Assembly (NCBI RefSeq): GCF_003334385.1 | Contig: NZ_QOWN01000016.1 | Reading direction: 5' to 3' (one strand) | DNA length: 64,000 bases | From: Escherichia coli | GTDB lineage: Bacteria; Pseudomonadota; Gammaproteobacteria; Enterobacterales; Enterobacteriaceae | Shown here: positions 14,047-25,089 of the stretch, in pieces | Position numbering within the stretch: position 1 is the stretch's first letter | Layout of the letters: every line of letters begins with the position of its first letter | Translations under genes and position numbers: made by a program | The notes under the pieces: generated by a model | What the model was told of the DNA's origin: nothing | The model's database searches: none | What the model saw: the letters and a program-made list of their open reading frames with translations, nothing else

Positions 14047-14685
14047 ATGGCTGTCGCTGCCAACAAACGTTCGGTAATGACGCTGTTTTCCGGTCCTACT
14101 GACATCTATAGCCATCAGGTCCGCATTGTGCTGGCTGAGAAAGGTGTAAGTTTCGAGATCGAACACGTGGAAAAGGACAATCCGCCTCAGGATCTGATTG
14201 ACCTCAACCCGAATCAGAGCGTTCCGACCCTGGTGGATCGTGAGCTGACCCTGTGGGAATCTCGCATCATTATGGAATATCTGGATGAGCGTTTCCCGCA
14301 TCCGCCACTGATGCCTGTTTACCCGGTAGCTCGCGGTGAAAGCCGTCTGTACATGCATCGCATCGAAAAAGACTGGTACACGCTGATGAACACCATCATC
14401 AACGGTTCAGCTTCTGAAGCAGATGCCGCACGTAAGCAACTGCGCGAAGAACTGCTGGCGATTGCGCCGGTCTTCGGTCAGAAGCCGTACTTCCTGAGCG
14501 ATGAGTTCAGCCTGGTCGATTGCTATCTTGCTCCGCTGCTGTGGCGTCTGCCGCAACTGGGCATCGAGTTCAGCGGCCCGGGTGCGAAAGAGCTGAAAGG
14601 CTATATGACCCGCGTCTTTGAGCGTGACTCTTTCCTTGCTTCTTTAACTGAAGCAGAACGTGAAATGCGTCTGGGCCGGAGTTAA
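14047..14685 (+). CDS. sspA: Stringent starvation protein A
   Basis: 212 aa GST-like protein; recognised as SspA. Confidence 0.95.
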   Translation: MAVAANKRSVMTLFSGPTDIYSHQVRIVLAEKGVSFEIEHVEKDNPPQDLIDLNPNQSVPTLVDRELTLWESRIIMEYLDERFPHPPLMPVYPVARGESRLYMHRIEKDWYTLMNTIINGSASEADAARKQLREELLAIAPVFGQKPYFLSDEFSLVDCYLAPLLWRLPQLGIEFSGPGAKELKGYMTRVFERDSFLASLTEAEREMRLGRS

Positions 14686-14690
14686 TCTGT

Positions 14691-15188
14691 ATGGATTTGT
14701 CACAGCTAACACCACGTCGTCCCTATCTGCTGCGTGCATTCTATGAGTGGTTGCTGGATAACCAGCTCACGCCGCACCTGGTGGTGGATGTGACGCTCCC
14801 TGGCGTGCAGGTTCCTATGGAATATGCGCGTGACGGGCAAATCGTACTCAACATTGCGCCGCGTGCTGTCGGCAATCTGGAACTGGCGAATGATGAGGTG
14901 CGCTTTAACGCGCGCTTTGGTGGCATTCCGCGTCAGGTTTCTGTGCCGCTGGCTGCCGTGCTGGCTATCTACGCCCGTGAAAATGGCGCAGGCACGATGT
15001 TTGAGCCTGAAGCTGCCTACGATGAAGATACCAACATCATGAATGATGAAGAGGCATCGGCAGACAACGAAACCGTTATGTCGGTTATTGATGGCGACAA
15101 GCCAGATCACGATGATGACACTCATCCTGACGATGAACCTCCGCAGCCACCACGCGGTGGTCGACCGGCATTACGCGTTGTGAAGTAA
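14691..15188 (+). CDS. sspB: ClpXP specificity-enhancing adaptor SspB
   Basis: 165 aa with an acidic C-terminal tail; 5 bp after sspA. Confidence 0.95.
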   Translation: MDLSQLTPRRPYLLRAFYEWLLDNQLTPHLVVDVTLPGVQVPMEYARDGQIVLNIAPRAVGNLELANDEVRFNARFGGIPRQVSVPLAAVLAIYARENGAGTMFEPEAAYDEDTNIMNDEEASADNETVMSVIDGDKPDHDDDTHPDDEPPQPPRGGRPALRVVK

Positions 15189-15190
15189 TA

Positions 15191-15225
15191 CAAAACAGGC
15201 CCAGGCGGCCTGTTTTGTCTTTTTA
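15191..15225. terminator. Bidirectional terminator between convergent sspB and dcuD
   Basis: ACAGGCC-cag-GCGGCCTGT stem flanked by A-rich and T-rich runs in the 42 bp gap. Confidence 0.7.
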
Positions 15226-15230
15226 ATGAC

Positions 15231-16598
15231 TTAATAAAATAGCGTGATTGTGGCAATCATATTCACCACGAAACCGACTGCCATGGGGATCGCTGTCCGC
15301 TTCACCACCGCAAAAGGCGAAACGCCTGCAATTCCTGACGTAACGACCACCACCGCAGTAATCGGCGAAACCGCGCGCGCTAGCGTCGTGGCAAAATGCA
15401 TCGGCATAATCATTACAACCGCTGGTACATGTAGTCCGGCTGCGATATTCGGAATAAGACTGGCAAATGACATAAACGGCGCATTGCCAGAGCCCATCAC
15501 AATGGCACAAATGGCAATGACCAGCGCCATAATAATCATCACGCCAATACCGCCCAGACCAGAATGCTCCGCCCCCCTGATAACCGCATCGACAGTGCCA
15601 ATCGTCGTTAAGCCTTTCGCAAATATTTCACCCGCGACCACCAGCGTTACCACGTTGGCAAACTGCGTACCCATGCCGTCAAAAAACGCCTGCACATCGT
15701 CCATTGTTTCGCGCAAGTTATGCTTGCGGAAGAACTCAACAAACATCGTCACAGTCAAACTCAGTAACATCACCACCACCAGATGCAGTTCTGACTGCAT
15801 CAGCCCGACGTGGGCGAGGAACAGCGAGCCGAGCATCAGGATTAACGGCATCACAGGTAAAATGGCGTAATAGAGCGGCGGGACATTATCGAGAGCTTTT
15901 TGCTCTGCCTGTTCGTGATTGATATTTTTATCTTTTTTGTCAAAAGCGCGTTGCACGAAAAAGTGGGAGATCGCCACCGAGATAATGACGCAAGAGGCGA
16001 CCGGAAGCTGGTAGTGGAAGAAGTATGTGGCAATTTTCATTCCCGCTACCTGGGCAGCAAAAATGGAGTTCGTTTCCAGAATCCCCCACTCAATGGACAT
16101 CGTGGTTGCGATAACTGCCACCGCAGAGAGACGACTTACTCCCAGACTCACCAGCGTCGGAAATAAGGTGACCATCAGCAACATACCCAGACCGGAGGCG
16201 CTGGTAATAAACTGCGCCATGATTTGGCCGATGACGTAAGTTGCCGACAGAATAATATACGGCGAGCGAATGAGTTTTAACGGGCGGCTTAACAAGCTCA
16301 CCATCGCGCGACTGGCCCCTATGCGCTCCATGTAGCGGGCATAACCGCCCACCGCCATAATCGACAGCCCCAATCCGGCAATGCGGTTGGACAGCATGCG
16401 CAGGATTTCATTATAAATATCGACGATCAAGTAGCCGCTGCTTTTGGTGGGATCGAGTACACCACCGAACCCTAACCAGACACCGCACATCATCAGGAAG
16501 ATACCTGCGGCAGCCAGCACCACCTGAGGTTTGTAGTTTTTCAGGATCAAATAGCCCATCGTAATTAATACGATGACAGATATAATTATGCCGAACAT
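15231..16598 (-). CDS. dcuD: DcuC-family anaerobic C4-dicarboxylate transporter homologue
   Basis: 455 aa polytopic membrane protein from [15 protein letters not shown]; recognised as DcuD (YhcL). Confidence 0.85.
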
Positions 16599-16977
16599 TG
16601 TTGAACTCCGTGTCAAAAGAAAACGGTCAATCCCATAAACGGCAGATTGAAAACAACGATGTTATATTTTTTGCAAGGCTATTTATGGTGCGGATGTCGT
16701 GTTTTTAATTGTAGGTGAGGTGATTTTTCATTAAAAAATATGCGCTTATGATTATTTTGTAAGAACACATTCATAATATTCATAATGCTCGTGAATAGTC
16801 TTATAAATAATTCAAACGGGATGTTTTTATCTGCGTTACATTAATTTTTCGCAATAGTTAATTATTCCGTTAATTATGGTAATGATGAGGCACAAAGAGA
16901 AAACCCTGCCATTTTCCCCTACTTTCAATCCTGTGATAGGATGTCACTGATGATGTTAATCACACTGACCTTACAGA

Positions 16978-17769
16978 ATGGGCCTTATGAACGCATTTGA
17001 TTCGCAAACCGAAGATTCTTCACCTGCAATTGGTCGCAACTTGCGTAGCCGCCCGCTGGCGCGTAAAAAACTCTCCGAAATGGTGGAAGAAGAGCTGGAA
17101 CAGATGATCCGCCGTCGTGAATTTGGCGAAGGTGAACAATTACCGTCTGAACGCGAACTGATGGCGTTCTTTAACGTCGGGCGTCCTTCGGTGCGTGAAG
17201 CGCTGGCAGCGTTAAAACGCAAAGGTCTGGTGCAAATAAACAACGGCGAACGCGCTCGCGTCTCGCGTCCTTCTGCGGACACTATCATCGGTGAGCTTTC
17301 CGGCATGGCGAAAGATTTCCTTTCTCATCCCGGTGGGATTGCCCATTTCGAACAATTACGTCTGTTCTTTGAATCCAGTCTGGTGCGCTATGCGGCTGAA
17401 CATGCCACCGATGAGCAAATCGATTTGCTGGCAAAAGCACTGGAAATCAACAGTCAGTCGCTGGATAACAACGCGGCATTCATTCGTTCAGACGTTGATT
17501 TCCACCGCGTGCTGGCGGAGATCCCCGGTAACCCAATCTTCATGGCGATCCACGTTGCCCTGCTCGACTGGCTTATTGCCGCACGCCCAACGGTTACCGA
17601 TCAGGCACTGCACGAACATAACAACGTTAGTTATCAACAGCATATTGCGATCGTTGATGCGATCCGCCGTCATGATCCTGACGAAGCCGATCGTGCGTTG
17701 CAATCGCATCTCAACAGCGTCTCTGCTACCTGGCACGCTTTCGGTCAGACCACCAACAAAAAGAAATAA
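16978..17769 (+). CDS. nanR: GntR/FadR-family repressor of sialic acid catabolism
   Basis: 263 aa; recognised as NanR; GGTATA operator lies downstream in the nanA promoter. Confidence 0.95.
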
Positions 17770-17832
17770 TGCCACTTTAGTGAAGCAGATCGCATTATAA
17801 GCTTTCTGTATGGGGTGTTGCTTAATTGATCT

Positions 17833-17856
17833 GGTATAACAGGTATAAAGGTATAT
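17833..17856 (+). promoter_or_regulatory. NanR operator: three direct GGTATA repeats in the nanA promoter
   Basis: GGTATAACAGGTATAAAGGTATA lies about 35 bp upstream of the nanA start; three evenly spaced GGTATA hexamers is the known NanR site architecture. Confidence 0.75.
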
Positions 17857-17890
17857 CGTTTATCAGACAAGCATCACTTCAGAGGTATTT

Positions 17891-18784
17891 ATGGCAACGA
17901 ATTTACGTGGCGTAATGGCTGCACTCCTGACTCCTTTTGACCAACAACAAGCACTGGATAAAGCGAGTCTGCGTCGCCTGGTTCAGTTCAATATTCAGCA
18001 GGGCATCGACGGTTTATACGTGGGTGGTTCGACCGGCGAGGCCTTTGTACAAAGCCTTTCCGAGCGTGAACAGGTACTGGAAATCGTCGCCGAAGAGGCG
18101 AAAGGTAAGATTAAACTCATCGCCCACGTCGGTTGCGTCAGCACCGCCGAAAGCCAACAACTTGCGGCATCGGCTAAACGTTATGGCTTCGATGCCGTCT
18201 CCGCCGTCACGCCGTTCTACTATCCTTTCAGCTTTGAAGAACACTGCGATCACTATCGGGCAATTATTGATTCGGCGGATGGTTTGCCGATGGTGGTGTA
18301 CAACATTCCAGCCCTGAGTGGGGTAAAACTGACCCTGGATCAGATCAACACACTTGTTACATTGCCTGGCGTAGGTGCGCTGAAACAGACCTCTGGCGAT
18401 CTCTATCAGATGGAGCAGATCCGTCGTGAACATCCTGATCTTGTGCTCTATAACGGTTACGACGAAATCTTCGCCTCTGGTCTGCTGGCGGGCGCTGATG
18501 GTGGTATCGGCAGTACCTACAACATCATGGGCTGGCGCTATCAGGGGATCGTTAAGGCGCTGAAAGAAGGCGATATCCAGACCGCGCAGAAACTGCAAAC
18601 TGAATGCAATAAAGTCATTGATTTACTGATCAAAACGGGCGTATTCCGCGGCCTGAAAACTGTCCTCCATTATATGGATGTCGTTTCTGTGCCGCTGTGC
18701 CGCAAACCGTTTGGACCGGTAGATGAAAAATATCTGCCAGAACTGAAGGCGCTGGCCCAGCAGTTGATGCAAGAGCGCGGGTGA
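17891..18784 (+). CDS. nanA: N-acetylneuraminate lyase
   Basis: 297 aa; recognised as NanA. Confidence 0.95.
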
Positions 18785-18789
18785 GTTGT

Positions 18790-18820
18790 TTCCCCTCGCT
18801 CGCCCCTACCGGGTGAGGGG
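18790..18820. repeat. GC-rich palindromic extragenic element of the same family
   Basis: TTCCCCTCGCTCGCCCCTACCGGGTGAGGGG immediately after the nanA stop. Confidence 0.6.
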
Positions 18821-18892
18821 AAATAAACGCATCTGTACCCTACAATTTTCATACCAAAGCGTGTGGGCATCGCCCACCGCGGGAGACTCACA

Positions 18893-20383
18893 ATGAGTAC
18901 TACAACCCAGAATATCCCGTGGTATCGCCATCTCAACCGTGCACAATGGCGCGCATTTTCCGCTGCCTGGTTGGGATATCTGCTTGACGGTTTTGATTTC
19001 GTTTTAATCGCCCTGGTACTCACCGAAGTACAAGGTGAATTCGGGCTGACGACGGTGCAGGCGGCAAGTCTGATCTCTGCAGCCTTTATCTCTCGCTGGT
19101 TCGGCGGCCTGATGCTCGGCGCTATGGGTGACCGCTACGGGCGTCGTCTGGCAATGGTCACCAGCATCGTTCTCTTCTCGGCCGGGACGCTGGCCTGCGG
19201 CTTTGCGCCAGGCTACATCACCATGTTTATCGCTCGTCTGGTCATCGGCATGGGGATGGCGGGTGAATACGGTTCCAGCGCCACCTATGTCATTGAAAGC
19301 TGGCCAAAACATCTGCGTAACAAAGCCAGTGGTTTTTTGATTTCAGGCTTCTCTGTGGGGGCCGTCGTTGCCGCTCAGGTCTATAGCCTGGTGGTTCCGG
19401 TCTGGGGCTGGCGTGCGCTGTTCTTTATCGGCATTTTGCCAATCATCTTTGCTCTCTGGCTGCGTAAAAACATCCCGGAAGCGGAAGACTGGAAAGAGAA
19501 ACACGCAGGTAAAGCACCAGTACGCACAATGGTGGATATTCTCTACCGTGGTGAACATCGCATTGCCAATATCGTAATGACACTGGCGGCGGCTACTGCG
19601 CTGTGGTTCTGCTTCGCCGGTAACCTGCAAAATGCCGCGATCGTCGCTGTTCTTGGGCTGTTATGCGCCGCAATCTTTATCAGCTTTATGGTGCAGAGTA
19701 CAGGCAAACGCTGGCCAACGGGCGTAATGCTGATGGTGGTCGTGTTGTTTGCTTTCCTCTACTCATGGCCGATTCAGGCGCTGCTGCCAACGTATCTGAA
19801 AACCGATCTGGCTTATAACCCGCATACTGTAGCCAATGTGCTGTTCTTTAGTGGCTTTGGCGCGGCGGTGGGATGCTGCGTAGGTGGCTTCCTCGGTGAC
19901 TGGCTGGGAACCCGCAAAGCGTACGTTTGTAGCCTGCTGGCCTCGCAGCTGCTGATTATTCCGGTATTTGCGATTGGCGGCGCAAACGTCTGGGTGCTCG
20001 GTCTGTTACTGTTCTTCCAGCAAATGCTTGGACAAGGGATCGCCGGGATCTTACCAAAACTGATTGGCGGTTATTTCGATACCGACCAGCGTGCAGCGGG
20101 CCTGGGCTTTACCTACAACGTTGGCGCATTGGGCGGTGCACTGGCCCCAATCATCGGCGCGTTGATCGCTCAACGTCTGGATCTGGGTACTGCGCTGGCA
20201 TCGCTCTCGTTCAGTCTGACGTTCGTGGTGATCCTGCTGATTGGGCTGGATATGCCTTCTCGCGTTCAGCGTTGGTTGCGCCCGGAAGCGTTGCGTACTC
20301 ATGACGCTATCGACGGTAAACCATTCAGCGGTGCCGTGCCGTTTGGCAGCGCCAAAAACGATTTAGTCAAAACCAAAAGTTAA
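18893..20383 (+). CDS. nanT: Sialic acid MFS transporter
   Basis: 496 aa from [15 protein letters not shown]; the track ORF is over-extended by 10 codons. Confidence 0.93.
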
Positions 20384-20430
20384 TCCTGTTGCCCGGTCTA
20401 TGTACCGGGCCTTTCGCTAAGGGAAGATGT

Positions 20431-21116
20431 ATGTCGTTACTTGCACAACTGGATCAAAAAATCGCTGCTAACGGTGGCCTGATTGTCTCCTGCCAGCCGG
20501 TTCCGGACAGCCCGCTCGATAAACCCGAAATCGTCGCCGCCATGGCATTAGCGGCAGAACAGGCGGGCGCGGTTGCCATTCGCATTGAAGGTGTGGCAAA
20601 TCTGCAAGCCACGCGTGCGGTGGTGAGCGTGCCGATTATTGGAATTGTGAAACGCGATCTGGAGGATTCTCCGGTACGCATCACGGCCTATATTGAAGAT
20701 GTTGATGCGCTGGCGCAGGCGGGCGCGGACATTATCGCCATTGACGGCACCGACCGCCCGCGTCCGGTGCCTGTTGAAACGCTGCTGGCACGTATTCACC
20801 ATCACGGTTTACTGGCGATGACCGACTGCTCAACGCCGGAAGACGGCCTGGCATGCCAAAAGCTGGGAGCCGAAATTATTGGCACTACGCTTTCTGGCTA
20901 TACCACGCCTGAAACGCCAGAAGAGCCGGATCTGGCGCTGGTGAAAACGTTGAGCGACGCCGGATGTCGGGTGATTGCCGAAGGGCGTTACAACACGCCT
21001 GCTCAGGCGGCGGATGCGATGCGCCACGGCGCGTGGGCGGTGACGGTCGGTTCTGCAATCACGCGTCTTGAGCACATTTGTCAGTGGTACAACACAGCGA
21101 TGAAAAAGGCGGTGCT

Positions 21117-21120
<4 letters not shown>
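20431..21120 (+). CDS. nanE: N-acetylmannosamine-6-phosphate 2-epimerase
   Basis: 229 aa from [16 protein letters not shown]; recognised as NanE. Confidence 0.93.
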
Positions 21121-22453
<1,333 letters not shown>

Positions 22454-22472
22454 AACTTAGTTCGTTTTAAAG

Positions 22473-22497
22473 ATTCTGCAGACACTGTCTGCAGAAT
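22473..22497. repeat. Palindromic element, CAGAC-N3-GTCTG family, copy 1 (extragenic, between nanQ and yhcG)
   Basis: ATTCTGCAGAC-act-GTCTGCAGAAT with perfect 11 bp arms; lies in the 59 bp gap between the two convergent genes. Confidence 0.8.
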
Positions 22498-22512
22498 TCG
22501 AAACCGCTGAAA

Positions 22513-23640
22513 TTAACGGCGTCTATAGCCTTCCTCTAGCACCGCCTGTGTTCGAACGAGTTCATCTGCGAGTCGTTTCTCATCAGGTAGTTGCATCTTA
22601 TATTCGCTTGCCAGAACGGTGTTAGGCAAACCTGCCAGAGCATAATGCGCTTCTCCGGCTCCTTTCTCTGCACAGAGAACCAGACCGATGGGCGGATTTT
22701 CATCCGGTAGCGTCCAGTGCTCTTTGGCGTAGTTGAGATACATATTCATCTGTCCGGCATCGCTATAGCTGAATTTGCCCACTTTTAGATCGACGATTAG
22801 CAGGCAGCGTAAACGGCGGTGGAAAAACAGCAGATCGACACGAAACCAGTTGTCATCAATGCGTAACCTTCGCTGCCGACCAACAAAGGCAAAATCATCC
22901 CCAAGTTCCAGCATGAAATCCATCAGGTGGTTGATCAGCGCCTCCTCAAAATCGGATTCTGAATATTCATCTTTCAATTCCAGAAATTCGAGCACAAAGG
23001 GATCGCGTATCGCCTGTTGCGGAAGAATATGCGTCTCGGCAGGAGCGTGTTGTTGCAGCATGGCTGATTTGTCATGTGACAGTAGTGTCCGCTCATAAAA
23101 CTGGGTCGCAATTTGCCGCTCTAGCTGGCGAACAGACCAGCCACAGCGGAGCGTCTCTTTTTCATAAAAGCTGCGGGCGTCAGCGTTTTTAACGGAAAGT
23201 AAACGGACGTAGGTGGACCTGGGCAAGGGGAAAGATTTGGCAGACAGCGTCTGCCAAATCTTTGCCGATGGGAATTCTGCAGACGGTGTCTGCGGAATTC
23301 CCAATGGTGTTAATTCGCCAGACATTGTCTGGCGAATTTCAACATGTTGAAAAAAGAGGTAAAAAAGCCTCATTTGGCGTAAGTTTTTTGCAGAGAACCC
23401 ACGCTTATACCTTAGACATAAATCCTTTGATAGTCGCTTGATTAGCTGCGCACCATACGCAGCCCTGGCCTCGCCACCTTGTTCAAATTCGACAATTCGT
23501 CGGCCAATTTCCTGGTACGTCGCGGTCATTAACGCGTTAACGCTACGTACCGTTTCCGTCCGGGCGCTATCGACCAGATGAATAATACCGTCGTGGATTT
23601 GCTGGTAGCCTGCTGTGGTTCCTTCTGAGAGCGATTCCAT
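22513..23640 (-). CDS. yhcG: YhcG, DUF1016-type protein with a predicted PDDEXK nuclease-like C-terminal region; function unknown
   Basis: 375 aa ORF convergent with nanQ; recognised as YhcG; the centre carries three in-frame 39 bp palindromic repeats (23231-23338). Confidence 0.8.
   Translation of the reverse strand: MESLSEGTTAGYQQIHDGIIHLVDSARTETVRSVNALMTATYQEIGRRIVEFEQGGEARAAYGAQLIKRLSKDLCLRYKRGFSAKNLRQMRLFYLFFQHVEIRQTMSGELTPLGIPQTPSAEFPSAKIWQTLSAKSFPLPRSTYVRLLSVKNADARSFYEKETLRCGWSVRQLERQIATQFYERTLLSHDKSAMLQQHAPAETHILPQQAIRDPFVLEFLELKDEYSESDFEEALINHLMDFMLELGDDFAFVGRQRRLRIDDNWFRVDLLFFHRRLRCLLIVDLKVGKFSYSDAGQMNMYLNYAKEHWTLPDENPPIGLVLCAEKGAGEAHYALAGLPNTVLASEYKMQLPDEKRLADELVRTQAVLEEGYRRR
23231..23338. 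repeat. Three tandem palindromic elements of the same family (copies 2-4), 39 bp period, inside the yhcG reading frame
   Basis: AAAGATTTGGCAGAC-agc-GTCTGCCAAATCTTT (perfect 15 bp arms), GGGAATTCTGCAGAC-ggt-GTCTGCGGAATTCCC (one mismatch), AATTCGCCAGAC-att-GTCTGGCGAATT (perfect 12 bp arms); centres 39 bp apart; the minus strand translates as ...RQTMSGELTPLGIPQTPSAEFPSAKIWQTLSAKSFP... within YhcG. Confidence 0.85.
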
Positions 23641-23824
23641 TATCTGTCCCTTTATATGGAGCTAAGTTGAATAATGGAATGAGCTATACTCTGGGGGGTG
23701 AGCACTGAACAATTAAGAACAGCGTATTACATTTACTTTCCCCAAGATATGCGAAGAGCTTTCCTGAAACATTAACCGATCGTATAAAACGAATGCCTGA
23801 TAGTACTCCTGTCCGGCATTGTTA

Positions 23825-24541
23825 TCACAAGTAGACTACGCTTATCACAGCTTTCCCATCAAGTTCGATTTTTTCTGAACCGCCTAAATCATTCGCGATA
23901 GATGCGCTCACCTGAAGCGGTATAATGGCGTTCGTTACAGGAGTTGGGGTTGTTTCACCTGGTTTTACAAAGGTGTAATAATAGCTTTGATCGACTGCAA
24001 GCGGATAAGCGGTGAGCGTTTGCCATGCTCTTTTTTGCCCTGTTATGACGGCATCTGCACCTGCTATTGATACAGCTAACGTCTGGCTACCATTGCTGGC
24101 ACTAATGTTGTTGCTATCAATTAACACGGCATAACTACCGATATTTTTATTATCTTTTGTTTTCCCTAAGCCGAATAAGCGCGTTGTCTGGCTAATATAA
24201 CCTCCGCCATTTAAGGTATATTTTACACCACTCTGACCCCCACTATCTTTTCCGGTGGTCATACTATCCATTCGTGTATCACGAGCGGTAATCGCAATGC
24301 TGGTAGCGGATTCGCAAGTTATAGTCATATTAATATTACGTGTTCCAATCTGTGTGTAGTGCTGCGTTGAAAGTCTATTGACTGAATGACTACCGAAGTT
24401 AACAACTCCGCCGTTGCTTAGTATTGGAGTACAAGCTGCAGCTTCCAGAGTCACCTTAACGTCAATTGATACTCTATCAGCGGCTTGCGCTGACATGGCA
24501 AAAAAGGCACTTCCGGCAATCAGTAATTTTACATTGTTCAT
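23825..24541 (-). CDS. yhcF: Secreted fimbrial-like protein YhcF (DUF1120 type)
   Basis: 238 aa with signal peptide MNNVKLLIAGSAFFAMSAQA; paralogous pattern to GltF (GxCTP...ITC); last gene of the chaperone-usher operon. Confidence 0.8.
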   Translation of the reverse strand: MNNVKLLIAGSAFFAMSAQAADRVSIDVKVTLEAAACTPILSNGGVVNFGSHSVNRLSTQHYTQIGTRNINMTITCESATSIAITARDTRMDSMTTGKDSGGQSGVKYTLNGGGYISQTTRLFGLGKTKDNKNIGSYAVLIDSNNISASNGSQTLAVSIAGADAVITGQKRAWQTLTAYPLAVDQSYYYTFVKPGETTPTPVTNAIIPLQVSASIANDLGGSEKIELDGKAVISVVYL

Positions 24542-25089
24542 TTTGCCTCCACCAGGACCGTCAGATTGCCTGTAATATCTGTCATGTCGGTTAGTTCCCC
24601 TTCATCCTTAAAAGCTGGAGCCATTGTCAGTGTGAGGCTAACGCTTTTACCGCTATCAATTACCACTTCTTGACCATTTTGCATAAACACCAGCCAATTA
24701 TTGGGGGAAGTACTAATTGATGCTGTTCCTGTGCTGCCCGGATTGTCATTTTTGCCACTGGCTAACGCCAGGTCGAGATTGTTACTACCTGAAAATGCAT
24801 CGCTGGCGATCAGATTTAATGAACCATTCGGGCCAAATCCAAATCCGTTGTTGGAAATATTAGCGGTATTCAACTGAACACGAATATGAGCGTCCTGATC
24901 GCATTGCATTACCAGCGTGATTGTTCTGTCTGCTAATTGTGTTGTTTTACCCCGGTCAACTTGGCGCATGGCAGCACTTCGTTTGCCATAGTCGATATTT
25001 TGTATGCTACTGGAGATATTACACTCTGCCTGAGCGGCCATGGCGAAGTTCAGCAGCAGGCATCCTGTTATTATCCGTTTCATTGGCAC
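24538..25089 (-). CDS. yhcE: Secreted fimbrial-like protein YhcE (DUF1120 type), apparently intact
   Basis: 183 aa with a signal peptide; start overlaps the yhcD stop by 10 nt. Confidence 0.75.
   Translation of the reverse strand: MPMKRIITGCLLLNFAMAAQAECNISSSIQNIDYGKRSAAMRQVDRGKTTQLADRTITLVMQCDQDAHIRVQLNTANISNNGFGFGPNGSLNLIASDAFSGSNNLDLALASGKNDNPGSTGTASISTSPNNWLVFMQNGQEVVIDSGKSVSLTLTMAPAFKDEGELTDMTDITGNLTVLVEAK

Noticed and set aside
23231-23338. Considered whether the tandem palindromes are a CRISPR-like array, or a synthetic polylinker scar (they contain GAATTC and CTGCAG hexamers).
   Set aside because: The units differ from each other, there are no uniform spacers and no cas genes. They keep reading frame inside a 375-codon ORF and have diverged copies at two other sites, which favours a natural repeat family over CRISPR or a cloning artefact.
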